This document shows, piece after piece, positions 11,363 through 22,885 of a stretch of DNA of 64,000 nt. Source of the stretch: Candidatus Hydrogenedentota bacterium (GTDB taxonomy: Bacteria; Hydrogenedentota; Hydrogenedentia; Hydrogenedentales; SLHB01). The stretch is taken from contig BTWA01000028.1 of assembly GCA_045863295.1 (NCBI GenBank), forward strand, positions 1-64,000, in the 5' to 3' direction. The notes under the pieces were generated by a model. The model was not told the DNA's origin. It did no database searches and saw only the letters and a program-made list of their open reading frames with translations. The position numbers and the translations under genes were made by a program. Numbering within the stretch: the stretch's first letter is position 1; every line of letters begins with the position of its first letter.

Positions 11363-13201
11363 TTATTTGCCTGCGAGGTCGAGGCTAATCTTTTGCACAA
11401 GGGTTTCCGCATCAAGCGGAAGGCCGTTGTAGTGAAGAACGCTTTTCAGTTTGACACTTTGTTCGGGGTATTCGCTGCGAAGAATCATGGCCATTTGCGC
11501 GTCGCGGTTTTGCTCCACGACGTAGACCGTTTTGTGCCTTTCGATGAATGACTTCACCACGCCGTTCACGGGAAGTGCTCGTATCCGCAGGTAGTCCACA
11601 GCAATGCCTTTAACCTGCTGTAAATACGCCCGGGCTTCCTGCACGGCGAGATCGCTGGACCCATAGGCAATCACACCCACCTCCGAATGGGTGGACTCGT
11701 CCACTACCGGCACGGGCACCATTTCGCGTGCCGTGTCGAATTTACGGCCAAGCCGATCGAGGTTTTTGACCCATTCGACAGGGCTCTCGGTGTAATTCGC
11801 GAATTCATTGTGGCCCGTGCCTCGGGTGAAGTATGCCGCCTTAGGATGATTCGTACCCGGAAGCGTACGATAAGGTATGCCGTCGCCGTCCACGTCCCGG
11901 TATCGTGCAAAGCTCTCGACCTGGTTCAACTCCTCCACGCCAAGGACCTTTCCGCGCTGCAGCGGCTCGGGCAACGGTTTCATCGGATCGGAAAGCCACT
12001 TGTTCATGCCAAGGTCGAGGTCGGTCATTACAAAAACAAGAGTTTGCAACTGTGCCGCCAGATCAAGGGCCTTGGCCGTGAATTCGTAGCATTCTTCCAT
12101 GTTGCCGGGAATAAGGAGCACATGGCGGCAATCTCCATGGGATAAGAAGTACGCCTTGGAAAGATCGCCCTGCGAGGTGCGAGTGGGCAAGCCGGTGCTG
12201 GGTCCAAGCCGCTGAACGTCAACAATGACCGACGGAATCTCGGCAAAGTAGGCCAGTCCTGCCATTTCGGCCATCAGTGAAATACCGGGGCCGGACGTGG
12301 CGGTCATGGTCCGGGCTCCCGCCCAGCCGCCGCCGACCATCATACCCATGGCGGCCAATTCATCTTCCGCCTGGACAATGGCATAGGTGGCTTTACCGGT
12401 TTCGGGGTCCTTTCGGTACTTCGCCATATACTTACTTAAGTACTCGCAGACGCTGCTGCTGGGCGTGATGGGATACCAGGAAGCCATGGTGACACCGCCA
12501 AACATGGCGCCCAATGCGGTGGCTTCGTTGCCCTCAATCAGGATCTTGCCCTTGGCGGCGCTGGACCGGCGAATGACATGGGTGGGATGCCGCGAAATGT
12601 GTTCGGCCGCCCAGTCAAACCCCGCCTTGGCCGCGGCCAGATTCAATTCGACCGCCTTCTGTTTTTTGCCAAACTGGTGCGCGATGGCCCGCGTCACTTC
12701 CTCCATTTCGATGCCAAGCAGATATGCAGTGACGCCGACGTAAACGACGTTAACTACTTTGGGACGGAGACGCGTGTCTTCACAGGCCTGAGCCACCAGC
12801 TTGTTAAACGGAACAACAATTGCGTTAATGTCATCGCGCCGGCTGAAACTCTTCAGCGTGTCCGGCAAGATCAAGGTGGCATGGGGAGCAACATCTTTGA
12901 CATCGGACACGATAGTGTCGGGATTCATGGCAATGGATACGTCGACGTTGGTCCGCTGAGCAAGCCAACCATGTTCATTCACCCGAATGGTATACCACGT
13001 GGGCAACCCTTGGATATTCGACGGGAAGAGGTTCTTGCCTGCGACGGGGACGCCCATTTCAAAAATGGAACGCATGAGAATCAAGTTTGCCGATTGACTA
13101 CCCGAACCGTTGGGAGTGGCGATCTTGATGACTACGTCGTTGACGACTTGCCGCGAATCGTGCGGCTGTGGAGCGGCTTCAACTTCAGTTACTTGCGACA
13201 T
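11363..13201 (-). CDS. 2-oxoacid:ferredoxin oxidoreductase alpha subunit (gamma-alpha fusion)
   Basis: NGSGSQS, YPITPSS, QAEDELAA, TSGPGISL, QRLGPSTGLPT. Confidence 0.95.
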   Translation of the reverse strand: MSQVTEVEAAPQPHDSRQVVNDVVIKIATPNGSGSQSANLILMRSIFEMGVPVAGKNLFPSNIQGLPTWYTIRVNEHGWLAQRTNVDVSIAMNPDTIVSDVKDVAPHATLILPDTLKSFSRRDDINAIVVPFNKLVAQACEDTRLRPKVVNVVYVGVTAYLLGIEMEEVTRAIAHQFGKKQKAVELNLAAAKAGFDWAAEHISRHPTHVIRRSSAAKGKILIEGNEATALGAMFGGVTMASWYPITPSSSVCEYLSKYMAKYRKDPETGKATYAIVQAEDELAAMGMMVGGGWAGARTMTATSGPGISLMAEMAGLAYFAEIPSVIVDVQRLGPSTGLPTRTSQGDLSKAYFLSHGDCRHVLLIPGNMEECYEFTAKALDLAAQLQTLVFVMTDLDLGMNKWLSDPMKPLPEPLQRGKVLGVEELNQVESFARYRDVDGDGIPYRTLPGTNHPKAAYFTRGTGHNEFANYTESPVEWVKNLDRLGRKFDTAREMVPVPVVDESTHSEVGVIAYGSSDLAVQEARAYLQQVKGIAVDYLRIRALPVNGVVKSFIERHKTVYVVEQNRDAQMAMILRSEYPEQSVKLKSVLHYNGLPLDAETLVQKISLDLAGK

Positions 13202-13573
13202 AGGCCTGAAAGAACGCGCCGCAAATTACGGCGCGAACTGTGCTTCCTCCTGCTGTTTTGACTTTCCAAAGGCGCGTTCACCGTGTGTGGTTTGTTCAAA
13301 ACTCCGCCACAAACCCTATTGCCAAGGGCACTTACCGGTAAGAACGCGTCAGGAAACCACTATGTTGCTGCTGCCAGGATTGGCCCCGACCGTTGGACCA
13401 ATGTAACTACAGATGCAAAATCGTGACATGATACACGCTTACCGGCAAACGGTCAACTTTTCACTTACTCCAATTGTACCCGAAATTTTGAGGAGAACGC
13501 CGGGTATAATGCTTCGCCGGAGGCTGCGGTATGCTCTGTACCAACACCACATAATTCCAGAAAGGGCAAGACT

Positions 13574-14377
13574 TTGAACCGATTTACAGACCAACGAATC
13601 ATTGTCACAGGGGCGTCGGAAGGCATCGGACGTGCGCTTTGCCTGGCCCTTGCCCCTCAGAAGCCCCGACTGGTCTTGGCAGCCCGGAACACGGATCGCC
13701 TTCAGGAAGTAGCGAACCAGTGCCAGTCGCTGGGCGCCCGGACGGAGACAGTCCCCACGGATGTATGCGAGGAGACTGCCTGTAAAAATCTGATTGACCG
13801 TTCGGTTGCGGCCTTTGGAGGCGTCGACGCGTTGGTGAACAATGCGGGGGCGACCATGTGGGCCCGGCTGGAGGAGATGGAATCGCTCGAGATCTTTGAA
13901 CGCCTGATGCGTGTGAACTACTTGAGCGCGGTCTACTGCACGTACTATGCCCTCCCCCATCTTAGACGGTCCAAGGGGTTGGTTGTGGGAGTGGCGAGCG
14001 GAGCCGGGCTGACTGGAGTGCCGACGCGCACCGGGTATGCCGCGAGCAAGCATGCGATGTTTGGCTTCTTCGATTCCCTGCGCATTGAATTGGACGGCAC
14101 AGGCGTAGACGTTACCATGGTTGCTCCGGATTTTGTGCTATCCGAGATTCACAAACGCGCGATAGGCAAAGACGGAAGCCCTCTGGGAAGAAGTCCGTTG
14201 CTACAGAACAAGATCATGACGGCGGAGACGTGCGCGGCTCTAATAGTAAAGGCCATGGAACGGCGGCAACGCCTGTTGATGACATCGTCGCGCATCAGGC
14301 TGGGCCGGTGGGTTCGCTTGATTGCCCCAAAGTTAATTGATCGAATGGCATTGAACGCCATCAGCAAAGGTAAATGA
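13574..14377 (+). CDS. short-chain dehydrogenase/reductase
   Basis: TGASEGIG, NNAG, YAASK. Confidence 0.92.
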   Translation: MNRFTDQRIIVTGASEGIGRALCLALAPQKPRLVLAARNTDRLQEVANQCQSLGARTETVPTDVCEETACKNLIDRSVAAFGGVDALVNNAGATMWARLEEMESLEIFERLMRVNYLSAVYCTYYALPHLRRSKGLVVGVASGAGLTGVPTRTGYAASKHAMFGFFDSLRIELDGTGVDVTMVAPDFVLSEIHKRAIGKDGSPLGRSPLLQNKIMTAETCAALIVKAMERRQRLLMTSSRIRLGRWVRLIAPKLIDRMALNAISKGK

Positions 14378-14421
14378 ACGAAGGGCACGCCGTAACGTGC
14401 CCCTCGATTGACGTACAGTGG

Positions 14422-15735
14422 CTAAAAAATATAATCGTTCAGGATGTTTTCGAGCAATTCCTGCCGGCCGCTTTGAACGACGGGCTCTCCGTTCTTCAGC
14501 GTGTACGCTTCCAGCTCTTTAAAACCGGCCTTTCCCGACTCAATCTGTTTGCCGATACCAGAATTCCATCCCGCGTATCGCTTTTCCAAGGGTTTGATTA
14601 GAACTTTGTCCTTGATGAGTCGCGCTGCGGCTTTGAGGCCGCGGGCAAACGCGTCCATGCCGCCGATGTGGGCATGAAACAGGTCCGCGGGATCGGTGGA
14701 CTGACGTCGCAACTTGGCATCAAAATTCAGGCCACCGCTCTTGAAACCACCGCCTTTTAAAATGGTGTGCATAGCAAGTGTCGTGTCGTATAGGTCCGTC
14801 GGAAACTGATCCGTATCCCAGCCGAGGAGTTGATCACCGCGGTTCGCGTCCACCGATCCAAGCAGCCCGGTCGCCACGCAGAACTCGAGTTCGTGGTGAA
14901 ACGTGTGACCTGCAAGAGTTGCGTGGTTCGCTTCGATATTCATCTTGAAATGGGGCAACAGTCCGTAGGCACTTAAAAACGAGTGGCAACTTGCGGCATC
15001 GAAATCGTACTGGTGTTTGGTTGGCTCTTTGGGTTTCGGTTCGATGAAGAATTGGCCTTTAAATCGAATCGCCTTTTTGTATTCGACGGCCATATTCAAA
15101 AATGCCCCGAGGTGATCGAGTTCGCGCTTGAGGTCAGTGTTGAGCAGGGTCTCGTATCCTTCGCGTCCGCCCCAGAAGACGTATCCCTGGGCGCCCAGTT
15201 CGTGGCTCACTTCCATGGCTTTCTTCACCTGGGCGGCGGCAAAGGCAAACACCGCGGGCGACGGATTGGTGGCGGCCCCGGACATGTATCGGGGATGCGT
15301 AAACAGCGAAGCCGTGCCCCACAGGGGCTTGATTCCCGTTGCTTTCTGGAGTGTCTTGGCGATCTTAACAATGTGATCGAGGTTCTTGTTGGTCTCAGCG
15401 AGCGTGGCGCCTTCGGGGGCGATGTCGCGATCGTGAAAGCACCAGTAGTTCACGCCTATCTTGGTGAAAAACTCAAACGCAGCATACATCGTATTCTCTG
15501 CAATCGCGATGGGACTGCTGCCGGCGTTATAGGAACGCGACATGGTGGGAACGCCAAAGGGATCGGCACCCAGATTCTTGAACGTGTGCCAGTAACAAAC
15601 GGAAAACCGGAGGTGCTCCTCCATTGTTTTTCCGAGCACTTTTTCCTTGGGATTGTAGTGTTTGAAAGCCAGCGGATTCTTTGATTTCGAGCCTTCGTAT
15701 TGGATGGTCTTAATACCAGGAAAAAACTCTGCCAT
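14422..15735 (-). CDS. xylA: xylose isomerase (class II)
   Basis: [42 protein letters not shown]; 437 aa from ATG 15735. Confidence 0.97.
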   Translation of the reverse strand: MAEFFPGIKTIQYEGSKSKNPLAFKHYNPKEKVLGKTMEEHLRFSVCYWHTFKNLGADPFGVPTMSRSYNAGSSPIAIAENTMYAAFEFFTKIGVNYWCFHDRDIAPEGATLAETNKNLDHIVKIAKTLQKATGIKPLWGTASLFTHPRYMSGAATNPSPAVFAFAAAQVKKAMEVSHELGAQGYVFWGGREGYETLLNTDLKRELDHLGAFLNMAVEYKKAIRFKGQFFIEPKPKEPTKHQYDFDAASCHSFLSAYGLLPHFKMNIEANHATLAGHTFHHELEFCVATGLLGSVDANRGDQLLGWDTDQFPTDLYDTTLAMHTILKGGGFKSGGLNFDAKLRRQSTDPADLFHAHIGGMDAFARGLKAAARLIKDKVLIKPLEKRYAGWNSGIGKQIESGKAGFKELEAYTLKNGEPVVQSGRQELLENILNDYIF

Positions 15736-15819
15736 GGATGAAATCCCCTTTTGAAGTAGTAACCGGAAGTCTCGATTATACATGGCAGACTTTGTGCATT
15801 CACATGTATCGCAATACGA

Positions 15820-16722
15820 TCACCTGCCGCGCACTGCACAATATAATGCCTTGAGGCTCTCTACGTGCCATGGCTGTCGAATGGTCGCTTTCAACGCGTA
15901 CTTTCGCGCGGTACGGACATTCCCAATCCCGAGAGCCCACCATGCCCACTTCAAATATGTACCGGCTTCGGACTGGCTGGGCGGAATAGCCGGAATTAAG
16001 TCCCCCGGAACTGGTAGCCCGCGACGTTCCATCGTCTCTTTCAGCGCCCGGAATGCGGCCATGCGCTGCTTCTCGTAGGTGTCATGGCTCAGGCTTTTCA
16101 GGTGCTGCCGGTATCTCAAAAGCATTTCCGGGAGATTGGCCAATCGCCCGCGTTCCGCCATCCGCAGAAAGAGGTCGTAGTCTTCGCTTCCCTCAAATCC
16201 CGTGCGGTAGCCGCCCGCGGCGATCGCGACGGAGCGCCGCAACATGCAGGACGGATTGACGATGGCCGCGCTGCTATTGGGCGCGAGGTGCCAAGCTTCA
16301 ATTTCTTCATGGGATTCGAGGCACTCAAGTTCGGTAAGCGCATCACCGTCAGGATCGACGAGCATCGCTTTTGCCCCCAACACCACGCATTCGGGATGGT
16401 CATCCATATACGTCAGTTGCCGTGCAAACCGCTCGGGAAGTGCCACGTCATCGGAATCCATCCAGGCAATCAATTCGCACGACGCCTCGTGCAAAAGTTC
16501 ATTGCGGACATTGGAAATGCCTCGATTCTCATGCGAGATCACGCGGATTCGCCGGTCCCGGTCCGCGAGCGACTTCAATATTGCGACCGAGGCGTCATTG
16601 GATCCGTCATTGACGGCGACCAGCTCAAAATCCGAAAAACTTTGATCCAGGATGCTTTGTACCGCCTCCAGCAGATATCGCTCCGCATTGTAGACGGCCA
16701 TGCAGCAGGAAATTCTGGGCAT
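15820..16722 (-). CDS. glycosyltransferase family 2
   Basis: MAVYN, VNDGSND, MDSDD, SEDYDL. Confidence 0.92.
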   Translation of the reverse strand: MPRISCCMAVYNAERYLLEAVQSILDQSFSDFELVAVNDGSNDASVAILKSLADRDRRIRVISHENRGISNVRNELLHEASCELIAWMDSDDVALPERFARQLTYMDDHPECVVLGAKAMLVDPDGDALTELECLESHEEIEAWHLAPNSSAAIVNPSCMLRRSVAIAAGGYRTGFEGSEDYDLFLRMAERGRLANLPEMLLRYRQHLKSLSHDTYEKQRMAAFRALKETMERRGLPVPGDLIPAIPPSQSEAGTYLKWAWWALGIGNVRTARKYALKATIRQPWHVESLKALYCAVRGR

Positions 16723-16863
16723 ACTCTGCTCCGATTGCCAATCAAACCCAAAGCATACCCGCTACGTAAGGTGCGCGCCAAGTGGAACCTATTTCACGTT
16801 TCGATGTTCGAGTGCATCCTGATATGATAGACAACAGGACAAAGATACTCGCAAGGACACACC

Positions 16864-17880
16864 ATGGCGTTACTTTCAGTGGACAATCTGCATGTCTATT
16901 TCCATACCCGCGACGGAGTGGTGCGCGCAGTAAACGGACTTTCGCTGGAGATTGCCCCGGGAGAGACCATTGGAATCGTCGGTGAATCCGGTAGCGGAAA
17001 ATCCGTCTCCATGATGTCGTTGCTGGGTCTCGTGCCTATGCCGCCGGGGCGCGTCGAGTCGGGCCGCGCCATATTCAACGGCGTGGACTTATTGACCTGC
17101 TCCAGGCGGGTTTTGCGGGGTTTCCGCGGCAAACAAATTGCCATGATCTTCCAGGATCCAATGACTGCGCTAAATCCGTACATCACGGTCGGCCGACAAC
17201 TGATCGAACCGCTGCTTATTCATGAAGGCCTGTCTACATCGGATGCATGGAATCGCGGCGAGGCGATGCTTCGCCAAGTCGGCATACAGGACGCGGCCAA
17301 GCGCATGAAGGCGTTTCCTCATCAGTTTAGCGGCGGCATGCGCCAACGCGTCATGATTGCCATGGCATTGATAACCCGACCCCAATTGCTGATTGCGGAC
17401 GAACCGACTACTGCTTTGGACGTGACCGTTCAAGCGCAGATTCTTGAGTTGATACGGGGGTTGCAGCGGGAAATGGGGATGGCAGTCCTGTTGATTACGC
17501 ACGATCTGGGCGTGGTTGCGGGCACATGCGACCGGGTTCTGGTCATGTATGCCGGCGGCCTCGTCGAAACAGCGTCCACAGCCGCGCTGTTTGAACATCC
17601 CAGACACCCCTATACAACCGCGTTGATGGCATCGTTACCAGCGGTCCGTTCTAAAAACACTCCACTCTACAGTATTCCTGGCCTTCCCCCCGACCCATCC
17701 GTGCAGTATCAAGGATGCCCGTTCAAACCGCGCTGTGCCTTTGGGGTAGCCGAATGCGAAACCGGTTTTGCCGGACTGGAACGCGTGGCGGACGGCCATG
17801 TTTCGGCGTGCCTTCGAGTGCAACGGGGCGACATCGCAGGCAATGAGGCGCTCGACGTGTCCCACGAGTGCGTGTCATGA
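16864..17880 (+). CDS. oligopeptide/dipeptide ABC transporter ATPase (OppD-like)
   Basis: [36 protein letters not shown]. Confidence 0.93.
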   Translation: MALLSVDNLHVYFHTRDGVVRAVNGLSLEIAPGETIGIVGESGSGKSVSMMSLLGLVPMPPGRVESGRAIFNGVDLLTCSRRVLRGFRGKQIAMIFQDPMTALNPYITVGRQLIEPLLIHEGLSTSDAWNRGEAMLRQVGIQDAAKRMKAFPHQFSGGMRQRVMIAMALITRPQLLIADEPTTALDVTVQAQILELIRGLQREMGMAVLLITHDLGVVAGTCDRVLVMYAGGLVETASTAALFEHPRHPYTTALMASLPAVRSKNTPLYSIPGLPPDPSVQYQGCPFKPRCAFGVAECETGFAGLERVADGHVSACLRVQRGDIAGNEALDVSHECVS

Positions 17881-18917
17881 CGGCGAACGGGCCGATCCTA
17901 GAATTACGTGGAATCAAAACGCACTTTCCCGTGCGGGAAGGGCTGATTTTCGACCACCATGCGGGTACGGTGAAAGCCGTTGACGGGGTTAGTTTACAGG
18001 TCCAGCCGGGCGAAATTCTGGGTCTCGTGGGCGAATCCGGATGCGGTAAATCGACGTTGGCGCGAACGGTCCTCGGCCTGGCCCCGATTACGTCGGGAAC
18101 AATCCATTTTGAAGGCAGAGACATTACCCGGCTTCGGCGCAACGAACTGCGTTCCATTCGCCCCCGGCTCCAAATGATCTTTCAAGACCCGTATGCATCC
18201 CTGAATCCCCGGATGACGGTTTCGGATACGCTCGCTGAACCCTTGAAGGTGCACCGCATTGTTCCTCCGGATGAGTCGGCAAAACGGGTAAACGAACTGA
18301 TGGAAAAAGTCGGGCTCGCGCGGCGTTACGCCCGTAAATATCCGCATGAGTTTTCCGGCGGACAGCGGCAGCGGATCGCCATTGCCCGTGCCCTTGCCAT
18401 GAATCCAAAAGTCATTCTGGCCGATGAACCCGTTTCGGCGTTGGACGTTTCGATACAGGCGCAGATACTCAATTTGTTGGCCGACCTGCGAAAACAGGAG
18501 GGATTGACGCTTCTGTTGATTTCTCACGATCTCGCGGTTGTGAATCACGCTTCGGATCGTATCGCGGTGATGTACCTCGGAAAAATTGTGGAAATCGGGG
18601 CTGCGGAATCGGTGTATCGAATGCCGCTTCACCCGTATTCCAAGGCGCTGCTAAGTGCGATTCCGCTGCCTGATCCGGAGAAGGAGCGATCGCGGAAGCG
18701 CATCTTCTTGAAAGGCGATCCGCCTTCACCACTCAACCCGCCTTCGGGATGTTCCTTTCATCCCCGCTGCCCCTACGCTGAAGATGTCTGCTACGGCGAA
18801 TCGCCCCATTTGGAAACAATGGACGGCCAACGGCAGGTGGCGTGCCACTTCGCTCGGGAAATCGCCTCCGGCAAAAAGGCACCGGATGCGGCGGCCTTGT
18901 CTGTCTCGTCCGCGTAA
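17877..18917 (+). CDS. oligopeptide/dipeptide ABC transporter ATPase (OppF-like)
   Basis: GESGCGKS, FSGGQRQR, DEPVSALD; ATGA overlap with upstream gene. Confidence 0.93.
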   Translation: MTANGPILELRGIKTHFPVREGLIFDHHAGTVKAVDGVSLQVQPGEILGLVGESGCGKSTLARTVLGLAPITSGTIHFEGRDITRLRRNELRSIRPRLQMIFQDPYASLNPRMTVSDTLAEPLKVHRIVPPDESAKRVNELMEKVGLARRYARKYPHEFSGGQRQRIAIARALAMNPKVILADEPVSALDVSIQAQILNLLADLRKQEGLTLLLISHDLAVVNHASDRIAVMYLGKIVEIGAAESVYRMPLHPYSKALLSAIPLPDPEKERSRKRIFLKGDPPSPLNPPSGCSFHPRCPYAEDVCYGESPHLETMDGQRQVACHFAREIASGKKAPDAAALSVSSA

Positions 18918-18931
18918 TCCCGTAAAATTCG

Positions 18932-19957
18932 CTAAAAAAGAGAGTCTTGGGAAGTTGCGGCAGGCGGGTCCAGCGCAAAATGCTTGTACGCCCTCGGAGT
19001 AGCCACACGGCCCTGGGGGGTGCGCTTCATAAACCCGATTTGGATCAGAAAAGGTTCATGCACCTCTTCCAATGTCTGCGCCTCTTCTCCCACCGCCACG
19101 GCCAACGACGACAACCCCACGGGACCGCCGTTGAACTTGTCGATGATGGTACGCAAGATAAGTTTGTCCATGTCGTCCAAACCAAGGGCATCGATGCGAA
19201 GTATGTCCAGCGAAGCGGAGGCTATATCCCGCGTGATGACACCGTCGCCCCGGACCTGCGCATAGTCGCGGGCTCGGCGCAACAACCGGTTGGCAATGCG
19301 CGCGGTACCGCGCGAACGCGAGGCAATCTCCAGCGCGCCCGATGGATCGATTGCCATGCTCATAACGCGGGCCGAACGCAAGATGATCCTCTGCAATTCT
19401 TCGGGCGAATAGAATTCAAACCGGCACGTGTCGCCAAAGCGGGCGCGTAACGGAGGCGTCAAAAGTCCGGCACGGGTCGTCGCTCCTATTAGCGTGAACG
19501 GCTTCAACCCTATCTTCATGGAGCGCGCCGTAGGACCCTTGCCCAACATGATATCCACCTCGAAATCCTCCATGGCCGAATACAGCGTTTCTTCGACCGC
19601 ATGGTTCAACCGGTGGATTTCGTCAATGAACAGAATGTCAAATGATTCCAAGCTCGTGAGGATGGCGCTCAAGTCCGCCTGCCGCTCGACAACGGGACCG
19701 GATGTGGATTTGATGTTCACTCCCATTTCATTGGCAAGGATGCGCGCCAACGTCGTCTTTCCGAGTCCGGGGGGACCTGTCAAGAGAATGTGGTCAAGCG
19801 GTTCATTGCGGCCGCGCGCCGCCTCAATGCCGATATGAAGTTTGTGCTTGATGGGCTCCTGACCCGGAAATTCCTCCAGGCGCTGCGGCCGGATGCGCTC
19901 GTCAATCTCCCGATCGTCCGGAGTGGGGCTGTTCCGGATAATGTCATCCTTGGGCAT
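18932..19957 (-). CDS. ruvB: Holliday junction branch-migration ATPase RuvB
   Basis: [37 protein letters not shown]. Confidence 0.98.
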   Translation of the reverse strand: MPKDDIIRNSPTPDDREIDERIRPQRLEEFPGQEPIKHKLHIGIEAARGRNEPLDHILLTGPPGLGKTTLARILANEMGVNIKSTSGPVVERQADLSAILTSLESFDILFIDEIHRLNHAVEETLYSAMEDFEVDIMLGKGPTARSMKIGLKPFTLIGATTRAGLLTPPLRARFGDTCRFEFYSPEELQRIILRSARVMSMAIDPSGALEIASRSRGTARIANRLLRRARDYAQVRGDGVITRDIASASLDILRIDALGLDDMDKLILRTIIDKFNGGPVGLSSLAVAVGEEAQTLEEVHEPFLIQIGFMKRTPQGRVATPRAYKHFALDPPAATSQDSLF

Positions 19958-19960
19958 GCG

Positions 19961-20563
19961 TCAAACCTTGGATAGCGAGCGTAGCGCCGCCTTCACGAGG
20001 TCCTCGTCCTTCGCTTCATCGCCCAGTGCTTTGCGGGCTTTGGCCGCTGCCTTGCGGGCCTCGGGCAGCGTACAGCCCAGGGCGCACAAGGCGGCAATAA
20101 CGTCATCCGACTCCGGAGTGCCGCTCTCTTGCGGAGAACCGAGAATCGCCTCCAGTTCCGCGTCCTGTCCCAATCGCGCTTTCATTTCGAGCACAATCCG
20201 TTGGCCTGTCTTCTTGCCCACCCCGCTGATGCGCGTAAACGCAGTCACGTCGTGATTCATGACCGCCTGTCCAAACGCCTGCGGCGACATGACCGACATA
20301 ATCGCCATGGCCGCCTTGGGTCCGATGCCCGTGATGCCCAACAACGCAATAAACAGGGCCTTCTCATCCGTTCGCAGGAACCCGTAAATATTGAAGGCGT
20401 CTTCGCGGATGTAACAATAGGTCTGCAACGTTGCCGTCGTCTGCAGCGCGAGGCGTTGCCGGACCAAGTCCGGCGCAAATACCTGATACCCCACCCCGCC
20501 CACTTCTAAAACGACGTGATCGATGTTTTTCTCGGTGACCGTGCCACGTAGATATGCGTACAT
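19961..20563 (-). CDS. ruvA: Holliday junction DNA-binding protein RuvA
   Basis: GGVGY, IRED, HhH motifs GIGPK and GVGKK; adjacent to ruvB. Confidence 0.97.
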   Translation of the reverse strand: MYAYLRGTVTEKNIDHVVLEVGGVGYQVFAPDLVRQRLALQTTATLQTYCYIREDAFNIYGFLRTDEKALFIALLGITGIGPKAAMAIMSVMSPQAFGQAVMNHDVTAFTRISGVGKKTGQRIVLEMKARLGQDAELEAILGSPQESGTPESDDVIAALCALGCTLPEARKAAAKARKALGDEAKDEDLVKAALRSLSKV

Positions 20564-20642
20564 AAGCGTAGATGGTAGTCAAAACAACGGAGCAATTCCA
20601 GAGCCGATGGACCCTGAACCGATTTTTTTGGCATAGTCCCTC

Positions 20643-21764
20643 ATGCCGCGCAAAGGTAAAATGATCCGAGGCCCCGGGATATCAGTGGGTTTGTTGCTGA
20701 TACTAGTGGTGCTGTTCTTGTGGGTCTTGTTTGTTCTCCGCACACCTGAAGGGCGCGCGATACGTGCCCGGATTCAAGACTCGGTCACGACCAGACTTAA
20801 GTCGTCCGGTGCCATACCGGCCGTTGAATCCGGTGCAATCCAAGTCTACTTCGCTCCGGGCTCACAAGATACTTCGGATGAAATCGATGACGCTTTGATC
20901 GCGGTGCTGCGAGCCGCCGATTCGTCGCTGGCCTGTGCGTTCTATGATTTTGAGTGGGAACCCGCGGCGGACGTGCTCGTGGCACAACACCAGCGCGGAA
21001 TTCGGGTCCGGATTGTGTCGGATTCGGACTACGATGACCGCAGTGCCGTGCAGCAATGCGTTGCCGCGGGGATTCCGGTGACCTTCGACGAGCGCGAACC
21101 GTTCATGCATAACAAATTCGTTGTGGTGGACAATCGTATCGTATGGACCGGATCGACCAACGTCACGCGGAATTGCCTGTTTCGCAACGACAACAACGCC
21201 CTGCGTCTGGAATCGCGGGATCTCGCGGCCAATTTCGCGTCAGAATTCGAGGAACTGTTTGCGGGGCTGCACGGCAGGAAATCCCCCAAGGCGACGCCAT
21301 TTCCAGAGGTAACCGTCGGGGGCATGCAGGTTGAATGTTTTTTCGCCCCGGAAGACAACGTGCAAGACGAAATTGTGGGCGAAATCGCCGCGTCGGCAAG
21401 CAGCATCGATTTCATGGCGTTTTCCTTCACGGCGGAGCCTTTGGCCAAGGCAATGGAACAGCGCATGCAAGACGGTGTGCGCGTTCGCGGCGTGTTCGAA
21501 ACGCGAAACGCGGGATCAAAGTACAGCCGTGACGAGTGGCTGGCGGAACACGGCGCGGAAATTGTCCTGGACAGGAATCCATACACCATGCATCACAAAG
21601 TCATGATTGTCGATCGGCGGTCCGTGATCACAGGGAGTTACAACTTCAGCAAGGCCGCAGACACGCAAAACGACGAAAATCTCTTGATTCTGCACAATGC
21701 AGACATCGCAGAACGATTCGAAAGGGAATTCGAAAGACTGCTGCAGGCCGCCAGGACGAACTAG
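20643..21764 (+). CDS. membrane-anchored phospholipase D superfamily protein (two HKD motifs)
   Basis: N-terminal TM; MHNKFVVVD..TGSTN and MHHKVMIVD..TGSYN. Confidence 0.9.
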   Translation: MPRKGKMIRGPGISVGLLLILVVLFLWVLFVLRTPEGRAIRARIQDSVTTRLKSSGAIPAVESGAIQVYFAPGSQDTSDEIDDALIAVLRAADSSLACAFYDFEWEPAADVLVAQHQRGIRVRIVSDSDYDDRSAVQQCVAAGIPVTFDEREPFMHNKFVVVDNRIVWTGSTNVTRNCLFRNDNNALRLESRDLAANFASEFEELFAGLHGRKSPKATPFPEVTVGGMQVECFFAPEDNVQDEIVGEIAASASSIDFMAFSFTAEPLAKAMEQRMQDGVRVRGVFETRNAGSKYSRDEWLAEHGAEIVLDRNPYTMHHKVMIVDRRSVITGSYNFSKAADTQNDENLLILHNADIAERFEREFERLLQAARTN

Positions 21765-22732
21765 CCTTTACGCCGGTTTTCAATCCACCACCGGAGTTGC
21801 CCCCATGCCAGCGGCACTTTGGCAAAATAGGTGTGCAATGCATACACCAGCGCCACTTTCAGCGAGGTACCGCGCCGAACAGTCTGCACGAATTTGCGAA
21901 CGATGATCAGAAGGGCCATGAACGCGAACAGTTCGTCAATCCAAAGTGAAAGAAAAAAGGATGCGGAGAGAATGGTGACGATAATGGCGCCCCAGATGTA
22001 GTTCGAACGCCGCTCACGCGACCACATGGGATCGTCCGTGCCGGCGCACCGCGCGGCGATTTCGGCATAGGATCGCCCATTGCGCACGTACTGCTTCCAG
22101 TACGACCGGAAGCCCGCCAGCGCAAGGTCATGATAGGCCATCACCTTGGGGAGTTGATAAATCTTGAGACCCTGCTCGCGCCGAATTCGCCAACACAGGT
22201 AGGGCTCCTCCCCGTACGCCACGTCCTCAGGAAAGCCCCCGGCTTGCTCAAACGCGGAGCGGCGAAACAAAGCGCAGCCGCCGCACGATTCCACCGCGCC
22301 TTCGTCAGCCGGCCAATCCAGTTCGAGCACCTGGTGCCAGAGTCCGTCGTTCACTTCCTCAAGAATCCCGCAAACGGCCGCCGCAACCGGATGGTCCGCC
22401 ATGAACGCGGCGGCGGTCGCCGGCCAAGCGGGGTGCAATACCATGTCTCCATCGACAAAATGCAGATAGACGCCGCGCGCATGGGCCGCGCCATGATTCC
22501 GGTTCTCGGCCGCGCGCCGCCTCTTTTCGCCGCCCACCACTCGATTCACGCCAATCCGTTCTGCAATGGCGGCACTGCCGTCGGTGGAAGCACCGTCGGC
22601 GTAAATGATCTCCCACGACCACCCCTCCAAATGGGCGTCCTGAATGGACCGGAGGCAGGCCTCGAGGTGGCGAGATTCGTTGTATCCAATCACAATGAAG
22701 GAAATGTCGATGGCGTCGGGAGACATGTTCAA
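21761..22732 (-). CDS. glycosyltransferase family 2 with C-terminal TM helices
   Basis: IGYNE, DGASTD, VDGD, GEE, hydrophobic C-terminus. Confidence 0.88.
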   Translation of the reverse strand: MNMSPDAIDISFIVIGYNESRHLEACLRSIQDAHLEGWSWEIIYADGASTDGSAAIAERIGVNRVVGGEKRRRAAENRNHGAAHARGVYLHFVDGDMVLHPAWPATAAAFMADHPVAAAVCGILEEVNDGLWHQVLELDWPADEGAVESCGGCALFRRSAFEQAGGFPEDVAYGEEPYLCWRIRREQGLKIYQLPKVMAYHDLALAGFRSYWKQYVRNGRSYAEIAARCAGTDDPMWSRERRSNYIWGAIIVTILSASFFLSLWIDELFAFMALLIIVRKFVQTVRRGTSLKVALVYALHTYFAKVPLAWGQLRWWIENRRKG

Positions 22733-22885
22733 CTCAGGTTAAAGGGGGCGGTGCGGCGCATGTTGTACATCGAAACGTGCGATGTTTTCCACTTTGTGCC
22801 TTCTGGCGCAGGCACAAAGTGGCTTGAGACCAAGGGTTTCGCTACACTCTGGGAGGGTTTGCAGCCGAATCGAGGTTTTCTAGCC

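Noticed and set aside
13419..13440. CRP/FNR-like box CGTGA-N6-ACACG in the oxidoreductase/SDR divergent region
   Set aside because: Too degenerate to support without a regulon comparison.
22130..22885. 252-aa N-terminal extension of the 654-aa ORF
   Set aside because: Antisense to the GT2 at 21761-22732; the real GT2 likely starts at GTG 22886 with an RBS.
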